Shown here piece after piece: positions 13,005 to 25,407 of a DNA stretch of 64,000 bases. Origin of the DNA: Lingula anatina (taxonomy: Eukaryota > Animalia > Brachiopoda); assembly GCA_051362555.1 (NCBI GenBank), contig CM120644.1, forward strand, positions 11,864,567 to 11,928,566. The letters are read 5' to 3'. The number at the start of each line of letters is the position of its first letter. Position 1 is the stretch's first letter. Both the position numbers and the translations under genes were made by a program. The notes under the pieces were generated by a model. The model made no database searches and was not told the origin of the DNA. It saw nothing but the letters and a program-made list of their open reading frames with translations.

Positions 13005-14603
13005 TTCAGAGCCGCCATGCAAGTTGCGGTACATTGATCTCAAGTGGGACGACTTGGACAAGTTTGAGAACGTCACAGAAACCATGTGCCAACAGTACTG
13101 TTCTGCAGACGGTCGCTGCCAATATTGGACTTACCACCACTATTGGAATGTGTGAGTTCGTTATTTTAGTTGATAACTGCCAATCCCACGTGTAACTTGG
13201 ACTATTTGCCAATATTGGAATGTATGAGTTCGTCGTTTTAATTGATAAATGTCAAATCCATGTGTAACTACATGTACTTTTGATGTCAAGTAACGACAAT
13301 ATTTTTCACCATAAAGCTTGAGTTTGTTCTAATCTTTTACTGTCTTATTTTTTAAGTCGGTTTAGATCAAAGAGATATAAATCAAATTGTGTTGATTATA
13401 TTCTCAGATGCTGGACTAAGAGCTCAAGCAATCAAAATTCAGAACTTCCGGGACGCATAGAAAATAATTGGTCCGTGGATTCTGGATTCAAAAAATGCCC
13501 TGGCGGTAGGCAATATCTTCTTTTTGTTACCTTTTTTTCTAGACGGTATTTTCAATTTCTTAAGTTGAGCACACTTTACGAATCCAGGGTCCGAATTTCG
13601 AAAGAACAGAAATACTCCTTAAATTGCATGGAACATTCTAATTTAACATCTGGATTGTAATAGAAATGGCGCCCATTCTTGGAAAATGTCAATCTGATAG
13701 AATATACAAATAAATATACACATATCTGTAATTTTCGAAGCATACAATATAGTAAAAATGTAAATGGATGTTTTACAGACTGTGAGTTCAGAGACACAGA
13801 CTTCCCTGGCAATGATTTGGACATTATGGGCGTACCCGTAGATTACGCGAGTTACTCATTAGGTAACGAAGAATGTCAAAGACTCTGTGCCGAGACTGCC
13901 GAGTGCCAATTTTGGAGTCTTTCCTACGTCTCTGGAAGTCGAAGGTAATGCATCAGTAATGTCAATACGTTGAATCAAATAAAGTAATGAATACTATGGA
14001 TGACTGGATATAAATTAACACGTTATATTTATTTGTACCTTATCTATAATTTTTTGATGTTTCCCTATTTTCTTTCCTTTCTTTTGATTTTCTAACCTAC
14101 ATGAATTCAGATTGTCTATATATCTATCTAGCGATTGACTGTCAATACAAAGGGCATATCTGATTTCTGCTCAGTGACTTCTGGGCAAAATTGACTGTTG
14201 TATATTATGGCAAATTAAAAATAATAAAGAACATTTTCTCCTTTCTTCAAGATGCTTTAGAAAGCGCTCTGCTACTGGTTTGCCTAGCCGTGTCACGGAC
14301 AAACCAGGAACCAACTCTGGTTTTAAAAGATGTCCCAACGGTAAGAAATCAGTCCATACAAAGTAAATTGTTTACAGATTTAGCGACTATTTTATCACAT
14401 CTGTTCTTGAATAAACAATCAAAATATATATTACAACATCAATCTCTTTTAATCTTTTAAACAATATAAATGCGATTATCTGGCTGCCTGTAGAGGAATG
14501 CATTGTTAATGAATTATACCTATCATTTTTATATTGCTTATATTTTGTAGGTTTTCACAGTTTGTCACAGAATGATGGTTGGGGCCTACACTATGGCAAA
14601 TAG
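8550..14603 (+). CDS. Secreted protein: signal peptide + 5 EGF-like domains + 2 PAN/apple domains, ~472 aa, 13 exons
   Basis: Exons 8550-8631 (MARNWYLTVLVLAGIGSCWS signal), 9857-9991 (EGF CYNGGTC..CVCKGGYTGTNC), 10510-10647 (EGF), 10952-11104 (EGF), 11709-11747, 11973-12107 (EGF), 12451-12495, 12678-12821 (EGF CVSNPCLNGGTC), 13010-13151 + 13408-13505 (PAN1 CQQYCSADGRCQYWTY..CW), 13779-13944 + 14252-14340 (PAN2 DTDFPGNDL..CQRLCAETAECQFWS..CF), 14551-14603. All introns are GT-AG, phases are consistent, and the total is 1419 nt with no internal stop. Confidence 0.9.
11274..11320. repeat. (TAA)n microsatellite
   Basis: ~15 TAA units. Confidence 0.95.
11592..11704. repeat. (TATTA)n pentanucleotide microsatellite
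   Basis: ~22 TATTA units with a few interruptions, directly upstream of the exon-5 acceptor. Confidence 0.95.
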
Positions 14604-15658
14604 GTCGTCCATATCAGAATTATGACGTCAACCTTGATCCAAACGCCTCGTGTCCCACCATCACAAGTTAATATGTAATATTTCTGTTACTATTTTGGAC
14701 GTGGATTTAAAAACAGCGTGTTTTGTATGCCGAGAATTTCTTCTTAATGTAGTGTTTGTGTCTCAAATGGTATTACGGTCAAAATTAATTGAACCGATCT
14801 TATTTACTAAACAGGGACATTAAATGACTGATTTAATTCTTTCTTATTTTACTAGCAAACACTGTGTCTGGGCATATAGCCATCGCCAGCGTCATTAATC
14901 ACCCTTAGTGCCATCATGTATACTTTCCTCGATACCAACATCAAAGGAAAACTATACTACTTTTTATTCTAAATCGTAAAAAAGTTTACCCTTAGGACCA
15001 AAGATAAAGCTCGAGTTTGATAACAAGCGTAATTCAAAATTTCTCGGTATTTGTGCGTGTTCTGTGCGTTAGTGAATTTTTTTTTTTTTTCATCATTGAC
15101 ATTTCCATGTGTGTCATTAAAGTCCCATTGCCCCGAAGCCTTGTGTAACAAGAAGTTACGTTCTCTGAATGTCTACATTAGCAGGTCATGTAGTAGATAT
15201 TTGTAGATACGCTCTTAGAATAACGTTGTAGGCCATAAAAAATTGACATAAAATATTTTTCCCACCTGCATCAAAAAACAAACACAGAGAATTGTGGTGC
15301 AAGTAATCTTAATCCTTGTGTAAATGAATCAAAAATTATTTAAAAAAGAGAATCTTGGGAAGCTGAGAGAGGTATTTCATTACATCAGTCAAATGTAATT
15401 GGAGCGCTGATAAGAGATTATTATATATATCATAATTAATAAACGCAGTGACAGGTTTTTAATTCCAATACTTATTAATAAAATAAAAGACTCATCTTAA
15501 TTTCTTCGAAGATCCCATAAAATGTATAACTGACCAATAGTAAATACGTTATAAACATGACACATGCTATGATATGATTGCAGTGACGCTATGAGTATAA
15601 TTTGTGGTCTCAGTTCAGCGAAAATATTGCTCGCCTTAAAAGCAATGTCTGATAACAG

Positions 15659-15811
15659 GGGCCGGTTTCATAAAAAGAGCCATAGCATGAAAATGGGTCT
15701 TAACTTTTGTACCAAAAAATGTGGACTGAAGGCTGTATGCCTAGGCTTATATTTGCCCTATAAAACCAACTTTAACTCTTAAGTTACAGGGGATAATTTG
15801 TGAAACCGGCC
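15659..15811. mobile_element. PIF/Harbinger-like MITE
   Basis: Inverted ends GGGCCGGTTTCA...TGAAACCGGCCC with CAG/CTG flanks; a related partial copy starts ~17816. Confidence 0.55.
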
Positions 15812-16588
15812 CTGCGTCACTTACGTATGAGTCAACCTTTCTAGTCAATCAAATGTAGTGCTTATTTAAGTGCAGTCCTCCAACTCACAATCCGTTATCA
15901 AAAGGAGATGAAGTCTTGATATTTACAGTCTGGTCCTACACGTAAAATATCAAAGAACAATTGCTTGAGAGAGCCTCCTTAAAATGATGCACTCATTAAA
16001 GCGATAAGGTACACTGATATAGATGTGAACATGGTAAACTAGCTTCTATGTTCACTTTCTAATGAAGTCAGAGCTGTATTCCTTATTTTAAACGTAAGTG
16101 TGAACACTGATTAATGCTAAATCAAAAGCAAGAAGACTTTTACGAAGCAAAATATTCCACTTAGTTCCACACACGAGATTTCCCTGTATATTTTTGATGA
16201 GTGGCTCCAACGTTTCGTGTAATATTGACCGTTCCTTTTCATCTTTTGAAATTTTTTTTTTAGTTTTGAGATGGTCTTCGTCATTTATTTCATTATACAT
16301 TTATCAGAAGGGGCCGTGTTTTCTTTTCGGTTGTTTCAAAGTTACTTTGCATCTCTGTTATAGTAAAAGTTTTTTCACAACATAAGCTTAGATTGGACTT
16401 ATTTCCGCTGTGGGTTCGGATATCTTTCTCCAACTTTGACTTTAGCTGTTGGCGTAAAGATACTTATATTGTAACTGAGAATATTACACATATGATGGAT
16501 GTTTTATTAGACTTGTAGACTTGGCTCTCTTTTTAAGAGTGAGGGCTTCTTTAAAACATTATAAGTGCGTTTATCTTTGATCGGTCTG

Positions 16589-16711
16589 TCTGTAAAATAA
16601 CAAGTTGGTGGTACTTCTGGTTGCTGGTACTTCGGTTGGTCTGTAATATAACAAGTTGGTGGTACTTCTGGTTGCTGGTACTTCGGTTGGTCTGTAATAT
16701 AACAAGTTGGT
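16589..16711. repeat. 51-bp minisatellite, ~2.4 copies
   Basis: TCTGTAA(T/A)ATAACAAGTTGGTGGTACTTCTGGTTGCTGGTACTTCGGTTGG starting at 16589, 16640 and 16691 (partial). Confidence 0.9.
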
Positions 16712-17594
16712 AGTCGCCTGATGTACATGTACCTCGGATCTGCATTTGGGCAGACTGAAGACAAAACACCCGTACGTTTCTTTCACTAGGTAAACGTACT
16801 CGGCAAAAAATAAAACAATAAAACAATTGTGTGAGTCACGTTAATTTGTTACTTTATATATCGTGTAAGATCACTTTTCGTACATGTATCTTAGTGAGAA
16901 AAAGACGCAGCGCAGCATTTTTTTTTTCTCTCACTCAGGAGCGTTACGGCTGCTACGAGAAAAGGGTGCGTGAACAATTCCAATTATGTATCTAGATATT
17001 TTAGTGGCTAGATTCTTCATATGAAAGCCTCTGCTTTATCTTAGTCTCTGCGGTTAATAATCGAAGTCACGCCAACCCCAGCGGATCTTAAGAGGAACAC
17101 TGTTGTAAATATTTGTTTTTTCAGTTGGTATTTCGCTTTGAGAAAATATAGATAACGTGCGCTGCAAAATGTAAACTATGATTTGCCAGACGAATGAAGT
17201 GCCATTAAAGTGTTTTTACTGTACATTGTGCGTCATCATTTTGAACTTTCTATCTCACACGGAAGTAACTATAAATATAAATAGTTGTTTACAAGTTAAA
17301 GGTGCACACGAATTGGGATAACTCGGGCTGAACGTGTACAGTAACATCAAATTTTGTGATTAGATTCTATCTGTACGCGCTTAACGACTGCGCCACACGG
17401 CAATAATGCATTGCCATAAATCAGCCTAAAGCTGACCATAAAATGGGTTTAATTTGTTGAAAACGCTGTAAGGAAATAAAACTAAGGCCTCTGTTTAGAC
17501 TAGCCTGATTGAACAAAATCAAAGAAAACAGGGGCACATTTTTTTTCTTATGAATTCTTAAGAGTGTGAGTTCTTTTATTCAGAAGTCACTTTG

Positions 17595-17779
17595 CAGGGG
17601 CGGATCCAGGATTATTTGAAGGGGTGTCGTGGATGCGTACCCGACCCTCCTCCCCCCCCCCTTCTTCAGGGTTCAGGATCTGGTGAAGGGCCCGAAAATA
17701 TTTGGCATTTTAGAGGCCCCCTAACACCATCCCCCCTCCCCACACCCACCCCCACCCCCACCCCCTCAATCCGTCACTG
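17595..17779. mobile_element. MITE, CAGGGGCGGATCC family, 5-bp TSD
   Basis: CAGGGGCGGATCC...AATCCGTCACTG; TSD CTTTG/CTTTG; related copy at 61001-61167. Confidence 0.7.
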
Positions 17780-19786
17780 CTTTGTATCATTGTAGATAAA
17801 AAAATGTTGTCAATAGGGGTTGTTTCACAAAAGAGCCAGGAAACTAGCTTGAAGTTTTATATCAGATATTCTGTTCACTTTGACACGCAATAAATCGGTA
17901 GGAGTACAATAAAATGGAACCCTGCGCCTGCTTTACAGGTTCTATATCAGAACTTGGATATAATGACGTTATGTCCAAGAACAGAAGAAACTTAGCTTAT
18001 AACTAAGACCATTACTTACTTAAGCTTTGTAGACTAGCCAGTACTGTAAGTAAACCTTGAACTGAAGTAGACTAAATTTGACGTTTACAATTTAAGACCA
18101 ATTTTTAGAACGAAAAAACTGCCCTTGTGTTTGGACATTCTTTAACCACGTGTGTATCTCCAACTGCCATGATAAGATAAAAAGGGCAGTGGAATGCGCT
18201 TTGATTTCTTAATCAAGCTGCCATCCTTATCTGTCCAATTACTCGGCACTTGTCTTTTTCTCAGTTCCTCTAAACAAAGATACCAGCGTCGCTATAGTAG
18301 CTGCCACTGTGTATACCCTGCATATCGTGTGCCCTCTAATATCTGGGGATTCTAAAATAGCATAAAAATTGAAGTACCAATAATTTTGTGACAGACTACT
18401 AGCGCACCCTGTTGCCAGAGAGTACATGTATCGTGCAACGGGCAGAAGGGCGGCGGGGGTGGGGGCAGGGGGTGGGTATCCAGGGGACACGTAAGCCCCA
18501 CCTGACTTCGAAAGTTCTCCCTTCTGCGTCTTAAAAAAGAAACAAAAGGAAACAAGTTAAAATGATAGAAGGATAGAAGCGAAACATGACAAGCATTTTT
18601 TCATCACTATGGCTTACCTATATCAGTAAAAAAATCTCTGGTAACCGTAGCAAAACACAATTATCATCTCCCCACACCCCTTTCCTCGACCCCCCCCCCC
18701 CCCCCCATCCTCCGCAAAACCCTGTTTCTTACTGTATTTGTATACTAGCATACGTTGACTGGCAGATTTGAGAACGTCAGTTTCCAACTAAACTTTGAGT
18801 GAACCTAAGGGTATATGTAAGGTGATAATATTTCACTGGGGGACATCTGGTGTTTATTGATGTGTTACACAGTAGGCCCTACATGGGACTATAGTGTATC
18901 ACTGGGTCCAAGCCCGTACCAGCTCTCGACGAATGCAGCGTCCTTATATTTCTACACCATAAACGCGTAGTCACACACTAAAATAGGAGTGGAGACAGAA
19001 GCTAACTTATAGCATGAGTAAGAGTGATTCAAAAAAGATATGCGGTTGACCTATATTAAATGGGAAAATAATGCAAATTAAATGACAGGCCAAGTCATGG
19101 CCCGACACACACGACAAAGCACGTGCTCAGCTTCCAGGGTTGCGTGGACGCAGTAAAAGCTTTGTGCTCGCATTTCTGGACGTGAAAGAAAGGGGGTAAC
19201 ATATAAATTTTAATTTGTACCCAAGGTCAAGAATCAACAAAGCTAATGGCCCGAAACCCTAAAGGTCCAGTGGTTCAGCTGATATCTCGCCGTGTGCGCC
19301 GGACGTATTAACCCGCATGGGTGCGCAATAGGTTAACCAAAAAGGAGGAAATAAACTCAAAGGTGACATTCACCAGTGACTTATGACAGAGAGTATTTTT
19401 TTCTATCAAAGAAGAGCATTGAAGATTGCACAGGCACATATGGGCCAAGGGATTTTATAACCGCACAGGAAAAAATCACAAGAAAAGAAGAGCCAGGACT
19501 TTCTGACATAGTTGAAGTTTATAATCTAGACAAAACCACAGTGGATCAAGTGACCATGTTAATGTAAAACGGGAGTATAGATACATATGAAGCGGATATG
19601 AAAACATATTAAAGAAGGACGCATGAATGGTGACCGTTTGTTGGTAAGTTCTCTAGCAAAGCTGTCACCCACGTTCTGAAACATTAACGGACTGTTTTAC
19701 AGGACGTCGGTGGAAGGTTTAAAGGCAGTTATTATTATTTATTTATACATATTTAATAAAAAAAATAATAATTGATTGGCCATTTT

Positions 19787-19838
19787 AAAGGCAATGAATA
19801 TTAACGCATTTAAAAATGCGTTAATATTCATTGCCTTT
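19787..19838. repeat. Perfect inverted repeat (25-bp arms, 2-nt centre)
   Basis: AAAGGCAATGAATATTAACGCATTT-AA-AAATGCGTTAATATTCATTGCCTTT. Confidence 0.9.
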
Positions 19839-22556
19839 CTAGGCTAGCCCCCTATTGTCAAACTACAATGTGAATTACAAATGACACTACCAGTAAGGCT
19901 ATGTCATACTACTTATATTTACAAGATGTCACTGCTAGCTAAGGTCTGCTGGGTAAATGTCTGAAGACACCCCCTCCCTTCTAAGTGTAGAAACGACAAT
20001 AAACTAATTTTACATACCCAGTTTAGCGCTACACAGTAACAACATACTCTTATCTGGTCATTGAGAGGTCCTAAGGTCAGACATGAGCCTGTGTTTTTGA
20101 AAAAGTTTGATAAGCTTGGCAGCATCAGACAATCTCAGGATCCATAAGAATGTTGGGATTTCAAAATGGGCCGTCCAAAATTAAATCATTTATGGTATGA
20201 TTGAGTGGGAGAGGGAGCTTTCCATAACACTTAGAAATCTACCACAAAACAAATGGAGCCTTTAAAAACACTAAACGTAAACAGCTCCAGGATCAAAAGA
20301 AATTTAATTTTTTTCTTTTTATATACTTTATATATGAATTTGTGTTTTTTTTTTTTTTTTTTTTTCATTACACAGCTTTTTTTATCAAAAAAATTAGTTG
20401 TGGTCTTTGGCAACATCCCTTTACTGTACATCTACATCCGTTTTTAAGACGGCTGGCCGACTTAACTCAGGATCAAAACTGTATTAAAAATCACGGAATT
20501 TGACGTTAAAGCGGATAAGGCTCGTGTCAGTTAATGTTATTGCGACATTTTTTTAATTCGCTTTCACAATTTCGTTGCCCTCTGTTTGGGTGTATGTTGA
20601 TTAATTACCCGTGTCGAGTGCGAGGAGGGGGTGCGTTTAGGTGATTCTCTTACATACTGGACAGGGTCTTACGTTGTCAAGGTGCAATGGTGTAGGTTTT
20701 ATCGATCGCCTTTAAGTAAATTGATCTTAAGAGGACCTTAGAGAAACCGATATCACAGCTGTGACAAAAAAGGATTCAACTAAGTCGATGCCGGTAATGA
20801 AATATGAAAAGGGGATTGTGGAATAGATTCATTTATAAAATAGATAGCTCTACTTATAAAATGTGTCCACCATCATCATCGTGTAATGAAAAAATCTATG
20901 CTCATTCTTTAATCTTATATGAGTTTTATTCACACTGTGAAGATAATTACTAACTCATGTGTTACATGACAGATAATTAGATACATGATTACCAGGCATA
21001 ACATGTATTATTTTATTTAAATTAAGATCTCGGGGATTTTAATAAAGATATCTGAACATTTAACTCCATTAAAACCTCGCAATGCCGCCATTCAGCTTAA
21101 AAAATGGTGTCTGATAAACTAACTTAAGGCTAACGATGAGTTGTCGTGTACAGCATTACTTTCATTGCTACGACAGTATTTCTAAATAATATAATATTTA
21201 GATACTAACATCATTAGTTTAAAGATCACAACGCAGAATGATGACTGTGATTACAAGATGAAAAACCCGATTTTTAGTTACATAAATTTACAGACTAATA
21301 TCATCTTATTTTCTAGTATACCATACAAATTGAGTAATACTGAGGAATCGTGAAATTAAGAAAAAAAACGTCAGCTTAGAGTACGGTGCAGATGTAATAA
21401 AATTATAAACTGTTAGCATGTCGCAGATACACGTCCCACAAAGTACATCAGGTGCGTCTCGATTATGTACCGCTTAGATCATTTTAAGAAACCTCAGGAA
21501 TGCTTCTCGTAATCGTAATTTACCGTTTGCAATTATAATTACAGTGCTTATGGCGTATAAAAGTGGGCTATTAGGAACATGCATACTAATAGAAATGCCG
21601 TCAGTCCTCATTGATATGTGTGAAATGTTAATCGAACAAAATCTAACCGCAGGGCAAAAATATTGGTCTGACAAAGGCAAGTCATAAATGTCTGCATAAA
21701 ACACGGGCGTGGTAGGCTAAAAGAAAAAAAAATGACAATGTCAAAAAAAGGGGAAAAAAGAAGAAATTGAGTACAGTGTGATTTATGCGGTATTTGAGTG
21801 AGTCTACGGAAAATATTTCATTTTAAATTGCATTTGGACACTTGGGCGTTGATTTATTACAGATTTACTGTAAGTAGTATTTCTCAAAATGTGACGACCT
21901 CAAAGTGTGCATGCTGCTGTTGTAGTAAATATTAAAGACTGACAATGAAATCAAGTGAACGCCAAAGCATATACCAGCTGCAGTTGGCAACTGCAGCATT
22001 TTTAAGACTGTAAACTTCAAAAACAAAGTCGCTGAGTTATAACGATATGGTCTAGTGATGAATACGTGACTTAAACTATGTAAGTTACCGTAACAGCAAC
22101 ATGCTTCGAGCAATCTAACATGAGTCATTCCGTAGTGCTTTAGAGAGCATATTAAGTGGGCGAATCATTGTCGCAAAATACCCCATTATGGAGATTTTAA
22201 TCGAAATTTTAATGAATGGGGTTAAGATGATGTGGTATATTAAGCAAGATGTAGGCGTTTCGCCTAATTCCGTCCACATACTGATGTGAGAGAAAAAATG
22301 GTCCTCTGATTTTTTAGTCCTATTTTATTCCTTTCTTTTATCGGTTGTTATGTATTTTGTTTTGTATTTGCATTTAATTATGTATATATATTAAATACGT
22401 TGTTTATGAGCAGGTTTTCTCACAGCACATTTTGTTCTTTTCAGGCACTGAGATGAATCAATGACAAAAGTGAAACCACAACATACTGCAATGCAGCACA
22501 ACTGATATACTGCACAACCGTCTCAACTGTCGCAATTTCGAAAACCGCCACAACAG

Positions 22557-25283
22557 ATGCACACCAGTTACCTCGGCAAAATGAATTCGTTGTATTTTCT
22601 CATTCCGTTATGCATTTCATGGAAGTTAGTTTCCTCCTTGAATTCATGGGATTTACTTCCTCCGCCTCCGCCAAATTTGGGGGATCCTGTTGAATTTTAC
22701 AACGCCACGGACGTTTGTAGCGGTGCCTTGCAAAAGAACATCGTCATGACAAATGCCCTAAAATGCGACCGGTCGTACTCCTGTCAGAGACGATGCGGGG
22801 CGGTTGCATCACAGGGAGAAGACTGCTCTTGTGACGAAGTGTGCAAAACATATGGTGACTGTTGCTACGACTACGACAGCATCTGTCAGTCCAACTCCCG
22901 CGTGATCAGAATCATGCCGGTCATTTCCGCGGTGCCCATTTGTGTTGAAACTTCACAAGATGAATTTGTGTTATTTCTGGGTGAGGGCTGTTTGCCGCAT
23001 TGGCAAGGCACTGACATGGAGGCAAAGTGTCTCTCACACAGCACTACCTTATCGAATAAGATCCCCGTCACTGACGTCACAAACCAACTGCACTACACCA
23101 ACATTTTCTGTGCCAAGTGTAATGACGTCACAGACTACCGATTCTGGAATGCGTCTTACGAATGTTCAAAAGAACTTGAAGTTCTTAAAAACATCACAGA
23201 TCCCTTAGAGATATTGAAACAGCGATCGTGTTATTTTAAACTGCATTTTCCACCGGATGTGACTAAGAGACATTGTCAGGCTGGGGGAACAGAGAACAGA
23301 TGTCCCCCAAATAACACGTGTACGACACAGATACAAGAGGCGTGCAAAAAGTACAAAAATGTCGTCGATGTGCAGGGGAAGGAGTACCAAAATGAATACT
23401 GCGCTATTTGCCATGGTAAAAACGTGACAGACATGACCTGCCCTGCAAAAATTTTGTTCCCTTTCATACCCCCAATACATTCTGTTGTATCCGGAAGTAC
23501 TGATGTAGAAATCTCTGGAAGCAACAACAGGCCCTCACTCGGTTCTTTCTCGTTCTCAATAGTCATGGATTTTACTCAAGATGCAGAAGTTCAAGTCGGA
23601 GTCGGCTCAGGCAGAGATGACGACGTCACAATGTGTACGTTGGACGAGGTGACGTCATCATGTATCCCATCCCAATGCCGAAAGGATTATATTCTTAAGG
23701 ATGGCGCATGCGTCCTTGGTGTCTTAGTCTACGACGTGCATGTGAATACACTGTGGGAACCGAAAGCAACGAGCGATCCGCTTTCGATATTTATAACGGA
23801 CGATTTTCAGCTAAAGAATTATGGACAGATACTCACGAATTTAATAGGTGAAATGTATGGGGAGGCAGTATATGGTTTCGTCACTTTCGGGGCTGCTCGC
23901 AAACAGAAAGAATCCTTCCTGATTCATAATGACTTTAAATTGCAATTTAACAAAACCGTTGAAGCCGATGAAATTAAGGAAGAATGGATCAATGTGACGC
24001 GAACTGAAAGATTTAGATCTGTTCTTGGACAATTTGTGACATTAGTTAACTCAACAATTTCGTTGTCGCTCTATCATGATCCTTATGAATTAGGTGATAT
24101 GATGAATGTCACCAACACAAGTGACCAGGTGTTGCACATTGCCGAAACTGATTGTGAACGCGTACGTTTCGATAGCTACGACACGACCGAAAATGGGAAT
24201 ATTATACTGCTGCCTTCAATGACGATTGTAAATGAATCCGATGTATTGTACGATAATAATGGATCTATTCTAGTCTGTCGAAATTTGCTCAATTTCACGG
24301 TCGGTTCAAATTCACAGGATAACCTAAGAGGAGACGATTCAAAGGAAGCACTAGGAATTCTGACGATCGTCTGCATTGCCATTTCTCTCGTCTGTTTACT
24401 CATACGAATTGCACTACAGCCGTTTGTTGCATTATTTCAAACTTTCCCAGGAAAACTTCAACTATCTCTCTGTCTCTCTCTAGTATTGTGGAAAGTTTTC
24501 TTCCTAGCTCGACCATTTGCCAGTTTAAGTGGCGACGTCAGCGCGTGCATCGCGGTGGCTGCGTTATTCCACTGGAGCCTACTGGCCTCATTTTTCTGGA
24601 TGAACGTCATTGCTATTGATTTGTGGAAGACCTTTAGGCGTACGTCATCGTTACAAATCTCGGCAGAATCCAACAAAACTATCTTTGGGTATGTCTGCTA
24701 TGCAACATTATTGCCAGGCGGAATTGTTGCTCTTTGTCTGGTTTTGGACTACGTCGACATAGATTCTCAGTTTCAACCGCATTACTCGGGGCCTGCCTGT
24801 TACATTAGCAATATCTACCCGCTTGTCTTGTTTCTCGTGGCCCCTATCGGAGTTATTCTTATTGTGAATATCGTTCTTTTTGCCATGATCGCAAGGTCAA
24901 TACACATCGCCATTTCTGAGGCGGGAAAACTGAAGGCAAAAAGAAACAAACACACTTTTCTTATTTATGTGAGACTTTTTGCTCTGATGGGAACAACGTG
25001 GCTATTTGGCTTCCTTTCCGGAGGACTCGGTGTCATCGCGTTGAACTTTATCTTCGTTATTTTAACAACTTTGGACGGCTTATTTATATTCATAGCCGTC
25101 GTCTGCTCAAGGCGGGTGTGGCGGGATCTTCGAGACCGGAAGATAATAACTAGGTCGAGCACGCGCACTTTGACACTTAGCTCAAGTAATAAGCTTCCGC
25201 CGACACCAAAATCTCCCACTCCATCGGAGAGCAATTCCTTGAAATTCTCACTAAAACAAGACACAAGTTTAAGTCGGCTTTAA
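22557..25283 (+). CDS. Family-B (Methuselah/adhesion-like) GPCR with N-terminal somatomedin-B domain, paralog 1; intronless CDS
   Basis: 908-aa ORF. Signal peptide (MNSLYFLIPLCISWKLVSS from 22581), SMB motif SCQRRC..CSCDEVCKTYGDCCYDYDSIC, Cys-rich YTNIFCAKCN and YQNEYCAICH motifs. Seven hydrophobic helices with family-B motifs (FHWSLLASFFWMNVIAIDLW, LMGTTWLFGF). A 5'UTR acceptor lies at 22444. Confidence 0.93.
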   Translation: MHTSYLGKMNSLYFLIPLCISWKLVSSLNSWDLLPPPPPNLGDPVEFYNATDVCSGALQKNIVMTNALKCDRSYSCQRRCGAVASQGEDCSCDEVCKTYGDCCYDYDSICQSNSRVIRIMPVISAVPICVETSQDEFVLFLGEGCLPHWQGTDMEAKCLSHSTTLSNKIPVTDVTNQLHYTNIFCAKCNDVTDYRFWNASYECSKELEVLKNITDPLEILKQRSCYFKLHFPPDVTKRHCQAGGTENRCPPNNTCTTQIQEACKKYKNVVDVQGKEYQNEYCAICHGKNVTDMTCPAKILFPFIPPIHSVVSGSTDVEISGSNNRPSLGSFSFSIVMDFTQDAEVQVGVGSGRDDDVTMCTLDEVTSSCIPSQCRKDYILKDGACVLGVLVYDVHVNTLWEPKATSDPLSIFITDDFQLKNYGQILTNLIGEMYGEAVYGFVTFGAARKQKESFLIHNDFKLQFNKTVEADEIKEEWINVTRTERFRSVLGQFVTLVNSTISLSLYHDPYELGDMMNVTNTSDQVLHIAETDCERVRFDSYDTTENGNIILLPSMTIVNESDVLYDNNGSILVCRNLLNFTVGSNSQDNLRGDDSKEALGILTIVCIAISLVCLLIRIALQPFVALFQTFPGKLQLSLCLSLVLWKVFFLARPFASLSGDVSACIAVAALFHWSLLASFFWMNVIAIDLWKTFRRTSSLQISAESNKTIFGYVCYATLLPGGIVALCLVLDYVDIDSQFQPHYSGPACYISNIYPLVLFLVAPIGVILIVNIVLFAMIARSIHIAISEAGKLKAKRNKHTFLIYVRLFALMGTTWLFGFLSGGLGVIALNFIFVILTTLDGLFIFIAVVCSRRVWRDLRDRKIITRSSTRTLTLSSSNKLPPTPKSPTPSESNSLKFSLKQDTSLSRL

Positions 25284-25359
25284 ATGTAACATTGCTCAAA
25301 ATATGCTGTTTTTCTATCAGTTTTAAGCTCTACAGAAAATGATGTTTATGATGATGATG

Positions 25360-25404
<45 letters not shown>
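25360..25404. repeat. (ATT)n microsatellite in GPCR1 3' region
   Basis: ~15 ATT units preceded by (ATG)n. Confidence 0.9.
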
Positions 25405-25407
<3 letters not shown>

